Assembly (NCBI RefSeq): GCF_009914755.1
Contig: NC_060939.1
Source: the human T2T-CHM13v2.0 reference genome, Homo sapiens
Reading direction: 5' to 3' (one strand)
Length of the DNA stretch: 64,000 nucleotides
Shown: positions 1 through 13,500 of the stretch, piece by piece
How the letters are laid out: each line of letters opens with the position of its first letter
Position numbering within the stretch: the first letter of the stretch is position 1
Notes under the pieces: model-generated
Told to the model about the DNA's origin: nothing
Databases searched by the model: none
The model's input: only the letters and a program-made list of their open reading frames with translations
Program-made: the position numbers and the translations under genes

Positions 1-859
1 AGGTCTGTCATTCCTCCAGTGGTCCTTGGGCCCTGTCTTGCCTGGGACTGGCAAACAAACAGGAGGCCTCCTCCCTCCCTGATGCTCACCCGACTGGATC
101 CACACCTCACTCAGCAACAGCTGTGCGAGTGCAGGTAAAGTCTTTCTGGAGTCTCAGCTCGTGATAGGCATTTAGCAACCTTCCCAGCGGAGGTGTGGAG
201 CAGACGAATGATCACAGAGTGAGAACCATGGCTTTTCTCAGGGTCAGTGTCTCAGGAACCATGGGGTGGTGTGTGAGTGGAATCTTGTCAGTGTTTTGTG
301 AAGATACCTAAGACTTTCAGTCTATAGCTCTGAGAATGTCATCCCATTTTACAAATGAGAAACAGAGAGGTTAATAAGCAAATCTACAGCAAGTCATTTA
401 ATGCTGCAAAGGTGTAGTCCATGGAAAGAGATCTAACAGGAAAACTCAAGAGAAATGCTGGGGAGCGCCATGGGGCCAACAGAACAGAAGGCCCTGTTAC
501 TGCTCAAGCAGCTGCCACCAAGCCTGCGAGCTCAAGGATGCTGGGCTGGCTGAGGGACAGATGTGGCAGGCATGCACGCGATTCAACAATGCAACAGTCC
601 CTTTCTTGTTTGTTTGGAAAGGTTGTACCCGCCTCGAATGCTAGCAGCAATCACGAAGGAGCCACTAACTGTGGCATTTCTTCACAACATTTCCCCTGCA
701 ACTGCGGTCAAGGTGGAGGGATGGCCACAACCAGTCATCTTTTCTGAGTGTTCCTCTGCAAGGGGTGGAGTGGGGACAGCATACGTTAGTGGGCTAAGAA
801 TTTGCTTATCTAACAGAAATACAGCTTAACTAACCAAGGGATACATACAATTGTTCTTA

Positions 860-1700
860 CAAATTCTGCAACCCATACTGAGCACTTATAAAGGCCAGGC
901 CCTGTGAGAGATACTGAAAATGCAAAGCTGAATAAGGCACCTTGACTGCTTTCAAGGAGATCTTTCCTAATTGGCTAGGAGAGGATATAACCCAAAATTT
1001 ACAGCTGCCTTTTGGCAAGCCTATCACTGCAATCTACAAGGTGCTATGAGAACTTCAGGGAAGGAGAAACTCTGTGGGAAGAGCCTAGGAAACCTTCCCC
1101 AAACAAGGCATTGAGGAAAGAGTGGAAGTTCATCAGGCATCAGAAAAACCATTCATTCATGTATTAACATTCAACAAATACTTAAGAAGTATTGATTGTG
1201 CTGGGCACCCTTGTGGCTGCTGGGGATACTGCAGTGGGTGAAACAGCCCAGTTCCTACCCTCATGGAGCTAAGTCTGGTGGCAGTGATAGGCACACAAAT
1301 AGTGAATCACAAACTTGGAGAGGTCTATGAAGGAGAAGTACAAGGTGTCTGAAAAGTATCTATCTGGGGAGCTGATCATGTCTGAGAGGCAGAAGAAGCT
1401 TCGGTGGGGATGTGACATTTGAGCTGAGACAGGAAGGATGCTGAAAGCAGGGGTAGGCTGAAATTTCCGGGCTGAGTGAGCATCATGTGCATTCATCCAC
1501 TCCACTGACATTTATGAAGAACATGTTGTTGCACCAGGGTCCCTGATGATGCACAAGACACATCTCTGACCTCAAGGAGCACACAGTCGAGTGGGGAGAC
1601 AGATGATTGCAATAGAATGTGCTAAGTTCATGGCTGGTGGGGTGGGGAATGCTTTCCCATTAGAGGGAACAGTGTGTGCAAAGGCCAGGAACGCACAGCT
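860..1700 (-). mobile_element. Cluster of degraded L2 (LINE-2) fragments
   Basis: Reverse-oriented L2 3' end signatures, e.g. ATTCATTCATGTATTAACATTCAACAAATACTT at 1151 and CATTCATCCACTCCACTGACATTTAT at ~1490; boundaries approximate. Confidence 0.65.
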
Positions 1701-2894
1701 CAAGACATTTTAGTGGGAAGTTAAGGGTTCCAAACTCCCCTCGATTGACTGCTATGTGACGTGTGCTTGACCTATCATCTTTCTTTTTCTTGCTTAAGAA
1801 CGAAACTCCTTTCTCTACTAATCACGGTGTTGCTGCACCAAGAAGAAGCCGCCTCAGCAAATGCTGACGCATGCATTTTGCAGTGAGCTGGAAGTGCCTG
1901 GCCTAGCTTGGCCTGTGCCTCCCTCCTTTCCTCCCCAGGCAGGATCCACACAGTCATCAGCACCACGGGGCTGATTGCTTAAAGAAGGCACCCTCCCTGC
2001 CTCATTGCTCCAAGCTGGCCTCAGCCCAGGTACCTCAGCCACACCCACGGCCCATCCAAACCTGCTGTCTGAGGGTCAGAGCCCCCTTCCATGAGAAAGC
2101 CCCTGTCCCGCTTAATAACATTTTCTCTCTGCCTGTCTAATTAACTCCGTCACTGTATCTGCAGTCAGATAAAATGCTCATTTCACACCACATTAATTTT
2201 TATCAGCTGAACATTAAGCAACACAAAGCTATCTATGCTTGGTTTAATTTACATACTGACAGACCTACAAAGCGTTACCCACAGTGGCTGCGAAGCAAAT
2301 AAGCAGAACTGGCATCAAACAAGGCTCTTCAAAATGAAATATTGATTTGCAAGGCTGACAGTAAAGAAGGGTTGGAGGGCTATGGGAGAAGAAGCAAGGA
2401 ATAGAAGAGTGATTTTTCCTTGAAGAACAATTATTGATGTTGTCACCAGTAGGCCTCCCAAAGGCCAAACAGAGGAGCCAGCTGAGGCCAGGATCCCAAG
2501 GATCAGGTGTTCCCAAGGAACACAGCCCCACAGTCCATACTGCTCCCTGGAAAAGGACTCTCTTCATCCTGGCATCAGAGGCCATCCCAGCCCGAAAGAA
2601 AATGCCCTCAAACAGCAAAGTATTTTAATCACATACACAAACACTTAATATATCTTGCTTCTGTAACTTTGCTCAAGCTGTTTCTCTAGAAGAGTCTTCC
2701 TTCTATTCCATGGCCAAACTCAAGCACCACCTCTTCCAGGAAGACTTCCCTGGACACCCTGCTTCCTTACAAATGTGTTGCCAGAATTCCCAGCACTGGG
2801 TCTGCATTGCACCGACTATCCATACCGTTTCTTGATAATCTATATGTATGTTTCTTTATCCCACTTGTTGTGAGCTCTTTCAGGGACAGATCTA

Positions 2895-3100
2895 GGTTTG
2901 GGGCAGCTGAAGTTTAAGCAAGTTAGGGGATTTTCTTTAAGAAGAAAGAATTGTAAAATATCTAACTTTTGCAAATATTACAGAAACTTATAACCATGAA
3001 AATAAATTACTAGGGGCATTCTCAGGGCTTTAGGAGAGGCCGGTGCAAATGAAGGGTCCTGAAGTTTAAGTTTTATCAGCTTTGAAGTGGGTCTACTTCT
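2895..3100. mobile_element. hAT-Tip100 (Zaphod/MER115-like) DNA transposon fragment inserted in an L2 relic (2690-3170)
   Basis: GGGTCCTGAAGTTTAAGTTTTATCAGCTT resembles the recalled Zaphod/MER115 terminus; flanked by an L2 body and L2 3' tail. Confidence 0.45.
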
Positions 3101-3444
3101 GGTCTCTTGAGTGCAATTCCTTGCTTGTAACAAGCATTCAATAAATATAGGCAGCATGAATTAAATGAATAAAGAAAAAGGAACTACTTTGGGGTGCCCA
3201 GTCTGTGATAGGCACAGCCAAATAACTTTGGGAAGGATATTCTCCTCTAAGCAGCACAGCAGCCTATAGATGATACAACCGATAAGTGTTGAAGCCAGAA
3301 TTGATTTCCAAGACTCACCTTCCTCCATCTGAGAACCTATGACCCAAGAGAAAAAGAAGCAATACCCCAAGTGAAAAGACAAGTGGCTCACACAGGTTAA
3401 GTCTTTAGACTTTAGAGGTCTTAGCACTCATAATTTCACCCAGA

Positions 3445-3640
3445 CCAGTGGTTCTTCCACTTTTGTGAGCATCTAAATCACCTGACTCACTTATTCCATG
3501 GCAGATTCTCTGACCTGCAAACCAGAGAGTCGAATTTCTCATGTCTGTATAATTGGAGTGGAGCCTGAGAATTTGTATTTTAAATGTGTCCACTCACAAT
3601 CTTGGTGCAGGTTTTCGAAGACTACACTTTGAGAAACCTT
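3445..3640. mobile_element. MER5-family (hAT-Charlie) MITE
   Basis: CAGTGGTTCT...ATCACCTG...GCCTGAGAATTTGTATTTTAA...CACTTTGAGAAAC pattern. Confidence 0.7.
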
Positions 3641-4434
3641 AACTCAACTACAAATGTTGATGTTGAAGGGAAGTGCACCAGGAGAATTAATTGGGTGAGC
3701 GCTGATGGAGAGGCTAGTGGAAAGCTGTATTTCCTTCAAGAAGCTGGGATGTGACTTTAACATGGTGTGGCACCATGGCCTCAGGAAGACTGGGGACTGA
3801 CAGAGAATGGAAACTGCAAGTCTAGAACCTGATGAGTAAGAAGGCTGTATACATATTTTAAAGTGCCTAGGCAAGCCACCAGTTTGAGAACATTCCTCGT
3901 CTTTGTGTGACTTTCAACCTGCAGATGTTTTCAACTGAGTCCCCCATGAAGGAGAGGAGCTGAAGACCTTCTCCTACCACAGGGGCCAATGCTGGCTGAG
4001 TATTCTGCTTTGCTATATTAAGAATTTCAAGAGGTAGCTCCTGGATATGTAATGCACAGCGCTCTTGTCCTGGTTATATATGGCTTCTCATGAAGAAAAC
4101 TTCTGGCCTAGCTTCAATTTCACAATTATGCATGCTGGGGCTTGTAGGTACCAGATGGTTCCAGGGTTACCACAGGTATTTTCCTTTCAACACCATCATG
4201 GTAACGTTTTTCTCTTCAGAAATGTCTATGACCTTCAGAGGCCCTAGAAACGCCCCCCCATTGCCCCCCCAAAAAGCTTCAAAATCCAGGACTGTCTATT
4301 GTTTCATTGTCTTTTGCTTGTTTGGTGGTGTTTATTGGGAAGAAAATGCAATAGATGCTTTGGTATCAAAAAGTCTGGCTCTTTTAGAATCAAACGTACA
4401 TAAAACTGATTGTAGAACGAGCCCAGGCTGATGT

Positions 4435-4600
4435 CATGGGCTCTGAGTTCAGGCCTGATTCAGTTACTACTTGGGCAAGTCACTTAACTTCCCTAGGTCA
4501 TCTCATCTGTGATATAGACTTGATAATATTAGTTCTGCCTCCCAGAGCTGTGTTAACGGAGACAAAGTGTTTTGAAATATCTAAATATAAATGTAAGGGC
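4435..4600 (+). mobile_element. MIR SINE
   Basis: Core TTGGGCAAGTCACTTAACTTCC...CTCATCTGT. Confidence 0.7.
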
Positions 4601-4779
4601 TATTGGCTTTTGGTCATAATCTACTAACCCCTTACAGATAACAGTTAAGTTATCTACACACAATAATTTTTAAAAACCATTTTCAAGGCAATGGAATGCA
4701 GTCAAAAGTCCAACAGGAACTGGAAGGGAGTCTGTCCCCTGAAACATGAACCTTCACCAAGTAAAATTTATGAATTTGT

Positions 4780-6140
4780 GGGGTTTTGTCTGGGAGCACT
4801 CCCAAGTTAGCTTTCAGCTCTGGATAGCTTGAACTGTCAGAGAAATAAGTCAGAAAAGGAACAAGAACATAAGGGGAGAAATTCTGGAAAGGTGGGAACT
4901 GCAGAGGCAGCAAGCTGCAAAATCTATGTACAAAATCTGCCCAATCCTCGGCTGGCTGCAAAAATATATGTGCATGAGGGAGACTCCAAGGGACCCAATA
5001 CGAAGAAGCAGCTGGAAGCTAAAAGAACAGAAAAGTGACTTTATCTGCTGTCGACCGCAGGAACAACAGAGCTGGAATTTGAGTCCAGGCAAGTCGAGTG
5101 GTTGCTAAAGCAAAAATTATTTTCAGAGAAACAAACAGAATCTAGGGTCTCTGCAACAATCATTTGTTTTGTCTATTACCCAATCCAAAGTCTCCATACA
5201 TGCAAATAAAGAGTAAAATGTAACACATAAGAAAAAAAAAAGCAGTAATAAAAACCAACCCCAAGAATACTCAGATAATGCCCTTAGCTGATAAGTACTT
5301 TAAAGAAGCCATTATAAATATGTTCAACAAATTGAAGGAAATATATACATAATAAATGAACAGATATGGGACTTCAGTGAGAAACAGAAACTATAAAAAT
5401 GAACCAGATAGAAATCCTAGAGTTGAAAAGTAGAATGAATATAATGAAAAAAACTACTACTGTATGGGCTTAACAGCAGACTGGAGATGGCAGGAAAGAG
5501 TCAATGGACTTGAAGATGAATTAATAGAAAGTATTCAATCTTAAGAACAAAGAGAAAATAATGAAGAAGAGTGAACAGAGCCTCAGTGACTTGAGCATTA
5601 TAAACCATCAAACAGTATACATATATGAAATAGCAAGTTCCAGAAGAACAGTAGAGAGAGAATGAAGCAGAAAAAGTATATTTGAAGGAACGGCTGAAAA
5701 TTTAACAAGTATGGTTAAAGACATCAACTTATAGATTCAAGAAACTCCGCACATCCTAAGCAAGACAAATACAAAGAAAACAATATCTAGACAAACCACA
5801 GTCAATTTTCTGAAGTCGAAAGATAAAGAGAACATCAAAAAAGCAGCCAGAGACCTACAGCAGAAACAACAATATGAATGATAGCTATTTCTCTCACAAA
5901 TAGCAAAGGCCAGAAGACAACGGAATAACATCTTTAAGGTACAGACTGAAAAACATTGTCAACCCAGAATTGTATCTTCAGGAATAAAGAGAAAATAAAG
6001 TCCTTTTTGGATAAACTGAGAGATTCATTGCCAAGAGATCTGTACTAAAAGAACTGGAAAAGAAAGTTCTGCAGTCTTAAGGGAAATGACACCAAATGGT
6101 AACTCAGATCTACAGGGAGGAGTGAGGATCACTGGAAATG
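4780..6140 (+). mobile_element. Old L1M/HAL1-type LINE fragment (5'UTR/ORF1 region, degenerate)
   Basis: A-rich ORF1-like sequence (GAAATCCTAGAGTTGAAAAG, AACAGCAGACTGGAGATGGCAG, GAACAGAGCCTCAGTGAC, ATAGATTCAAGAAACTC); no intact frame. Confidence 0.7.
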
Positions 6141-6359
6141 TTTTCTCAAAGATGTAAGAAGTTATTAATTTTTCCAGTGGGTAGCAAATTTATACCATAT
6201 AATCATACTTTGCCCTATAGTAAATGACACATTGCCTCTTTGTCACAAAACCCCTAAATTCTACAAATACTGTCTTTCCTGCTCCCTTCCTCCCCATCCC
6301 CACCACTCCCTCAAAAGAGAGAGAGAGAGAAAAAAAAAAAGAGAAAGAAAACTTGATTT

Positions 6360-6490
6360 TATTTTCTAGCTGTGTGACCTTGGGCAAAAAGTTAACTTCT
6401 TGGTGTTTTAGTTTCTTCATTTATAACAAGAAAAAGTGGAGTAAATGATCTCAAAAGTTCCTTTTGGCCTGAACATACTGTGATTCAGAC
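6360..6490 (+). mobile_element. MIR SINE
   Basis: CTAGCTGTGTGACCTTGGGCAAAAAGTTAACTTCT...AGTTTCTTCATTTATAA. Confidence 0.75.
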
Positions 6491-7829
6491 TAAACTGGTG
6501 CAGTATGTTAGGAGTAGTCTTCATTTAATTTTTACTATTATTATGGTTACAGTAACTAAGTCTTAGTCTTCATGATCAGACAAACTCATAAAATTCATTC
6601 AAGAACTAATAAGGCTTAGAAGTGTCTTACACACCAACATCCTTTGGAGTCTCATCACTTAAAAACAACAAAAAAATATGCTGCCATGGCTGAAGTAATC
6701 AAATGAGGTAAGCCACAATACATGTGCTCTGCAAACTGCAATGCCCAATGCAGACAGAGGTAAGGTGGTTTGATTATCCCAACTGCCAGATTCCCTTTCA
6801 CATTTTCAATATATTGATGCTGGATGCCAGTTTCTTAAGTCATCTCAAACACCAAGGAACTACATTAAACCATATCAGAATGTGCTTAGTCAAGTGCGAA
6901 AGTTCACTGCACAAGTCTTGCCTGTGTGAGAAGCAGAGAGTAAGGAAGCCTTGAGCCTCCAAGGACTGGGAACAGTTAATTAAATATTCAGTGTGTCCAT
7001 GTTTCACTTGGGGGAGAATTTATGAAACTTCAAAGAGCTTTCTGGTGATTTGCCACAGAGATGGACTTAAGCCAGGCTAGACTCCAAGGCTTACTGGCCA
7101 CCAAATCCTGGGAGGCTGCCCTGGGGTAGCCTTCCTCAGTCCTGATGCTCTGTGACATTTGAGCCGTGCAGGCTTTCTCTCCCGCCTCAGTGCCTCTGTG
7201 ATTCTGCCGGATTAAGCAAGCAGTGGGAAGTTCCTGACTCAGACAGTGCACTCTAGAACGGGTTCTTTGAGGACCTGGGTCCCAGCTGGCTCTCCAAGGT
7301 GACAGGGAAAAGGTAGAAAAATACAGTCCCTTCTTTGGCAGCCTTTTTACAATTCTGCTGAGTGCCGTGTGTTCAACTGTTTCTTTTCTTCCCCAGAAAA
7401 CAGTCACTGCAAATAACATGCTGTTTGGTAACAGGTCTACTTAAAATGCCACATTCATATAATTATTTACAAATACTGGCATAAATGAAATAAAGGTCTG
7501 ACTAAAACAGAAAATCTCAAAGCCCAACACTATTGCTTTAATGAAGAGAGTAGAGAAAGGCTGAATAATCTGCTGTTTCACCGCGTTCTTGAGAAACCTT
7601 TTCTCCCTCCTGCACACATATTCCATGTTTAATCTTCCTTTTTTAATTTGCTCCCATTACCCAACTTATAGCACATAATGAAGTATACATATCACCTGTG
7701 TTTTCAAATGGCTTTTAGATAGATTTGAACATGGTCACCAGAGAACCATTACACCTGTGTGTATGCTGCCCTTTGGAAGAAAAACGACCATAAAGTCCTA
7801 GGGAAAAATACTGGGTGCATACCACTGAG

Positions 7830-7876
7830 CCAAAGCTTGCTTTTAGATATCCAAAGCTTGCTTTTAGATATCCAAA
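7830..7876. repeat. Perfect 21-bp tandem duplication (2.2 copies)
   Basis: CCAAAGCTTGCTTTTAGATAT at 7830-7850 and 7851-7871, then CCAAA. Confidence 0.95.
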
Positions 7877-9744
7877 CCTCCACTGACGTCACCAGCTAAC
7901 TGAGTCCCCAATATCCCTATGAGCTGCCTGCAGGTTTCCGACAGCAAAATCCAATACATGTTCAAAATGGCAATCATTAATTTCTAAACGATTGGCCACT
8001 GTTTGTTGAATAACAGTACTTCTATTCTGATAGGGTGGAGTTATCATTCAACCAGAGGCAGAGAAAAAGCACCTGGCTTCCTTACTTGCTTTCTGTTTAG
8101 AAGGGTGCTGTGCCTCATGCGCCCATATCCTAGGGCTCACTGCTCACAAGCACCGTAGGCCTGGAGTTCTGCCTGTCCACTTTCTGTCCTTCAACCACAC
8201 AAATGTGGAAAATGGGTGGTGCTGAGATTCTGCCCTCAGAGGGGTTCATTTCAAAACAAATCCTGGACCTTAGTTGCTAAAATGCGACACCCCTTCCCAC
8301 TGCTTCTCAATTACATAAAAACCTCAAGAAACCTACCATAAGCACTGGCATTTATAATCTATCACCATTTTGCTATGCATATAGGGTGATATCAGGTATC
8401 CAAAATCCCCACACACTAGATGTATGCCACCTCAGGAACCGGGAAAAAGAGTCCTTACCTCTGAAGAACCAACCTGAAGTTTGTGGTTGGTGGTGGAGAC
8501 AGCCATAGAGAGAATTCAAAATGGCAACCCGAAGTCAATGTTTCAAATGGGCTATTCACCTTCTGTAGGCTGGCAGGAGCTCTTCACCTTTACTCCTGTG
8601 CTCACCACGAAACAACAAGAGCAGCAGCAGCAAATAAAACCCCAACTCAAAATGGGCTGCTTGAGATGTAGAATTTGCTTTTATATTCTTCTTCTCTAAA
8701 CTGTGTTGGAAAGGGCAGCCAAACCCCGGGAGAGTATTTTTGAGCTAAGAATTTGACAACTGTTTAGACTGGAAGCTCCCTGAGGGAAGGCTCAGTCTTT
8801 AAACTGTATTTCGCTGAGGCACAGTTTGATACCATGGTGGTATATGGTAGCTAATATGATGCAATGATGAAGGAGGGATCTCAAACAGCCACTGATCTCC
8901 TAATATCACAACTTCAAACAGCTTCCTGCCCTCCCTCCCTCCATGGTGAGTAAGGCAGAAACAACAGGTTGATTTGTCAACCACAGACAATCAGAGGAGG
9001 CCTTCCTTATGGCGCCTCCCTATATATGGCAACTCCCCTCACCTAGCCCACCATTCTCCCCTCACCTCCATCCCTACCAGATGTGACATGCCTTGTAGAC
9101 TGTAAGGCACTGCACCACCATAAAACATTACATAAGACAAAGTAATGTAATGGAGATAACTTTGGGAAATTACCCAAAAGGCCTCATGCCTCGGTTTCTT
9201 CAGCTTTCAAATGGGGATCATACTACCTGATGTCTTGCCTACATTACAGGATCATTGTGGGTATCAAAATGTGTAAAGCCTATGCAAATATAACCATCAT
9301 CATTATAACATTTTCTTAACCTTTGCATCCTCAAAAAAGGGAAGTGCAAAGTGAATGTGTGGTTCTTGACAGAACTGAAAGAAGCCTGAAGTAGGAGTGA
9401 GACAGGCCTTAGCTGTGGTTCTGCCACGTCTCCTCCTGGGTGCGGGAACCAGGCTCTCTGCTCTCAGTGCCTCTCTGTATCACAGTGAGGGTGGTATTCT
9501 AGCTCTGCTGGGAGACACAGAATGTATGCTGGAACAGGCTTGAGCTCAAGAGCTTCCCCATGCACACGACTCTCCAGGCACTCACCCTTTTGACTTCCCC
9601 ACATGGAGAAGCCTGATTCTAAACTTGGAGAGGTAATGAGACCTAGCAGGTCAGGCTGGGCCAGCCCATGGCAGTGACCAGGTCGGTATAAGCTTTTCAC
9701 CTCTGAAAATCTTTAAACTATTTGGGAAAACAAATTACTCTGAA

Positions 9745-10590
9745 AGAAAATCAGACAGATACCACTTTATACCCACTAGGATGGCTATCCACTCCCCGCC
9801 AAAAAAAAAAAAGAAATAAAATAACAAGTGTTGGTAAGGAAACTGGAAACCTTATGTGTACATGCTGGTTGGAATATAACGTTGTCACTATGTAAAGCAA
9901 TTTGGTAGCCCCTCAATAAATCAAACATAGAATTATCATATGATCATATAATCCAGCAATTTCACTCCTAGGTATATACCCAAAAGAACTCAAAGAAAGT
10001 GTTCAAAGAAAAACTTGTATGCAAATCTTCATAACAGCACCGTTCACAATTGGAAAAAGGTAGAAACAACCTCAATTTCTCATCAACTGATGAGTCGATA
10101 GACAAAATGTGGTACATTCATACAAAAGAATATTATTCAGCCACAAAAAAAAGAATAAAGGACCCATACAGGCTACATCCTGGATGACCCTTGAAAATAT
10201 TATGCTCAGTGAAAGAAGCCAGTCACAAAAGGCCACATAATATATTATTCCATTTATACAAATACCATGAGTAGGTTTAACATTATTTATGTCTAAATAT
10301 ATTTTATTTATATATTTATATAATATATAATTATATTATCTATATATTTATTAATTATATTTATTATTATTATTATTATTTCTGCACAGAGGCAGAAAGC
10401 AGATTAGTGGTTGCCAGTGGCAGAAGGGAATGGGAAATGGGATTTCCTTTTGGGATAATTAAAATGTCCTGGAACTAGATAGTGTCATGGTTGCATAACT
10501 TTGTGATTGTCCTAAATGCTACTGAATTGCACACTTAAAAATGATTAAAATGGTAAGTTGTACATTATGTGTATTATACCATTAAAAAAA
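9745..10590 (+). mobile_element. L1MB/L1MC-type LINE-1 3' end, with AT-rich low-complexity insert (~10280-10380)
   Basis: ACCCACTAGGATGGCTA, ATAACAAGTGTTGG, CCAGCAATTTCACTCCTAGGTATATACCCAAAAGAA, GTGAAAGAAGCCAGTCACAAAAGGCCACATA; ends in an A-run at ~10590. Confidence 0.85.
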
Positions 10591-11510
10591 AGATAGCCAT
10601 ACATAGGTGGGAATGAGGTGGCTGGGAGAAGGGACAGTTCTGGAGCTCCTGTCCAGGACAGCCTTCCAAAGCCATCTTTGCTGCACTGTGTGTGCCTTTC
10701 CAAGGGCCTGGGTTGTACATTAATTGAGAAATGATTCCTAATAAGTCCCAAGAAGCCACAGGTCTTTTCCTTACAAACAGGAAACAATCACATCTCATGG
10801 CAGCTCATTACACATTCTTTGGGTACCATGAGTTGTTTTAAAACCGTGAAATTAGTTCTGGCAGAGTTTACAGAAAAACACCCATGAGATGAGACTGAAT
10901 GAGTTATGTAAGACTTCTCGCACTCTGCTTATGAGATATTAACTCCTTACGGGCCCAGCCAAGGACACCGGTGTCATTTATAAAGTAGTGAGCACACCCT
11001 GGTTCCCACCAAGACCAGCACGCGGTTGACAAGAAGCAGCAGTGGAGCCCTAGATCTGGATGGGCTCATCGAGCAATTGCCAGCTTCAGCAGCTAGGTAC
11101 TTCCTTCTCCACAAGAGGCCGGTGAGGCTGCTAGCCAGGTGAAGGGACTTGCTCACACAAACTGGCTCAACTAAAAGTTCCAGTCTTTTCCCAGGAGTTA
11201 GGCTGACCTTTTGGGGTGGTGCACGGAAAGCTTTAAAATCAACCAGATGTGTAGAAGATTAATACGATCATCACTGGCCTACAGCTATGCCACAAGACCA
11301 GCCCCAACCCACCAGGAAGATAAGTAATCTGATCCATTGAGCTTGAACTCTGGCATTAAGGAGACACATATTTCAAAAGTTTCCGTCTGGCAATAGTCAC
11401 TAAATTAATTATTATACATGAGAAAAAAAAACTTAATTAATGTGTGAGCCCCAAACAATGAAATGAGCTCAGAAGCTTTCCTCCACCCCTTCCCCTTCAT
11501 TTCCCCAACA

Positions 11511-11511
<1 letters not shown>

Positions 11512-11543
<32 letters not shown>
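11512..11543. repeat. (AC)16 microsatellite
   Basis: Direct reading. Confidence 0.95.
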
Positions 11544-11544
<1 letters not shown>

Positions 11545-11954
11545 ACCTGCAGTGTACTTACAAAATATGTATGGAATATTTTACCTATGAAATATACTTC
11601 ATAATTTATTTAGAAAGTAGCAAAGCATTCAAAAATGAGTTTAAAAAGCTTGTTCAAGATTTGTCTCAGGAATCAAGTACTGAACTTGGAGAAACCTTAG
11701 GACTCTACTTAGAATCCATGGACTCTTATTTTAGAAATAACATGCTTAGTTGTCTGGTTCCTGAGCACTAGCTCATTGGAAGAGGAGACAGGGAGCACTG
11801 CAGCAAGGTACCCTAAGCAAGAAGCGAGTATTCACCACCAGAGTGGGAAGAACAGAGAGGACTAAAGGCAAGCAGAAGTCACCAAAAAAATGGCACCATC
11901 CCAAGCCTGGAGCCATGGGAAGTGCCAGCAAACCCTCTCACCCTAACAGGCAGC

Positions 11955-12205
11955 ATGGTAGCGGGGAGGGGACACAGGCTTAAGTATCAGACAGATCCAG
12001 GTCTGAAAGCCAGACCTTGCTACTTATTAGCTGTGCAATATTGGGTAAGTTACTTCCCCTCTCTGACCCCTAATTTCCTTCTAAAAAGGAATGATATATC
12101 CCCACTCTAAAGTGGAGGCAAGCATGTGTAACTTACAGGGACTTTGTGAAAATGGGATAAGTTATATAATGAGCTAACAAAGGCATCTAGTTATTGCTCA
12201 ATAAA
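11955..12205 (+). mobile_element. MIR SINE
   Basis: CTACTTATTAGCTGTGCAATATTGGGTAAGTTACTTCCCCTCTCTGACCC. Confidence 0.75.
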
Positions 12206-12239
12206 GGACTTTTTTTTTTTTTTTAAACTCAAGGACAGT

Positions 12240-12565
12240 GTATTATGGCGTGGGCTGATTATTCATGCTCACAATGAGAACCTTGAGTCATGCCGAGAGG
12301 GCTGACATATAGCTGTGTCCTCAGTGAGAGGGCAGGGACCTTCCCTTTAACCTACCCCAGGATCCCAATACCTCAGGCCTCCGTGCCCTCGTGCTGGTCT
12401 CTGGAACTACACTCAGACTCTCTATCTCTCTTTGAAAGCTACTTGCAGCTAACTATTCTTCTGTAAGTTATCCAATAAACTAATTTATCTTAAGGTGTCA
12501 GTGTTCAATAATAGCAAAGTTTTCATGGGAATCAGTTAGCAAGGGGGAACCGCTATAAACCAACA
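12240..12565 (+). mobile_element. Possible old ERVL-class solo LTR
   Basis: TG...CA ends and CTGTAAGTTATCCAATAAACT polyA-signal region; family not recognised. Confidence 0.35.
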
Positions 12566-13304
12566 GTGATGTTTCAGCAAAGGTGACAGACTGATGAGGA
12601 ATTCACTTGGGGTCTGGGGGCCTTCTTGGCGTCCTCTCAATTAGACTTTGTAAGCAGTTTCCTTTTTATGGCTAGCCTGAAACATTACAATATGGAGTCG
12701 AGACACTTCATGGGGCCCAAGCACTGGCTGTTGCTGTCTGGCACGTCTTTATAAGAGTTAGATGTTGATACACATCCACTCAAAACACAATAGCTCCTCT
12801 TCTGATCGATTCATATTTATTTATTTAATTAATTTATAAACTGCATTGGTCCAAAAACATTGCGGGGGAGACGAGTCACTAAGGTAAACAAGTTCAGATG
12901 CCGAAAAATCCCACCACCAAGATACTAAGTATATCACATGCTACATGCCAAGATGCACTGAAAAATCAAAATCATTTATTTTTCTTTGTCTTACTTTCCC
13001 CTGCAATCTGATGTTCTTCTAAACACCCATGTCCCAGAGACTGCAATAGCAGAGAGGTAGATAACGAGGGAGGGGCACAGGAAGAGACAAATGGCTGAAG
13101 CATTTCAGAATTTATCAAGATATGTAGATAGGAATGGATCAGTCTTTGTCTTGCTCTCTGTTTCTGTCTCTCAGTGCCTCTATCTCTTCAAAATAATAAC
13201 AGAAATATTGCTAAGATCAAATTAAAAAATTGTCTCTGGCTCTGTTTCCTATAGAGGGCTGCAGCCAGGGCTGTGTTATTCACTTGTCTATCTCCTGGGC
13301 CTGC

Positions 13305-13500
13305 AGCCATGTGCTACACCAAGTCTGCCTCTCCTCCCAACCTCGTATTCAGCCACCCTCACGTTGGTTGCCCAAAACTGGCTACGGTGAGAGTATTTAC
13401 ACCACAGAAATTGGCAAACTTAGACATCAGGGCTTTTTTTTTCCTTCCTTGCTCAGTAGAACAACTTCTGTAGAGTTAAACATTTCCCAGCACACTACTG
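13305..13500 (+). mobile_element. MER63A-like (hAT-Blackjack) MITE
   Basis: GAGTATTTACACCACAGAAATTGGCAAAC...TCAGGGCTTTTTT...GTTAAACATTTCCCAGCACACTACTG. Confidence 0.75.
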
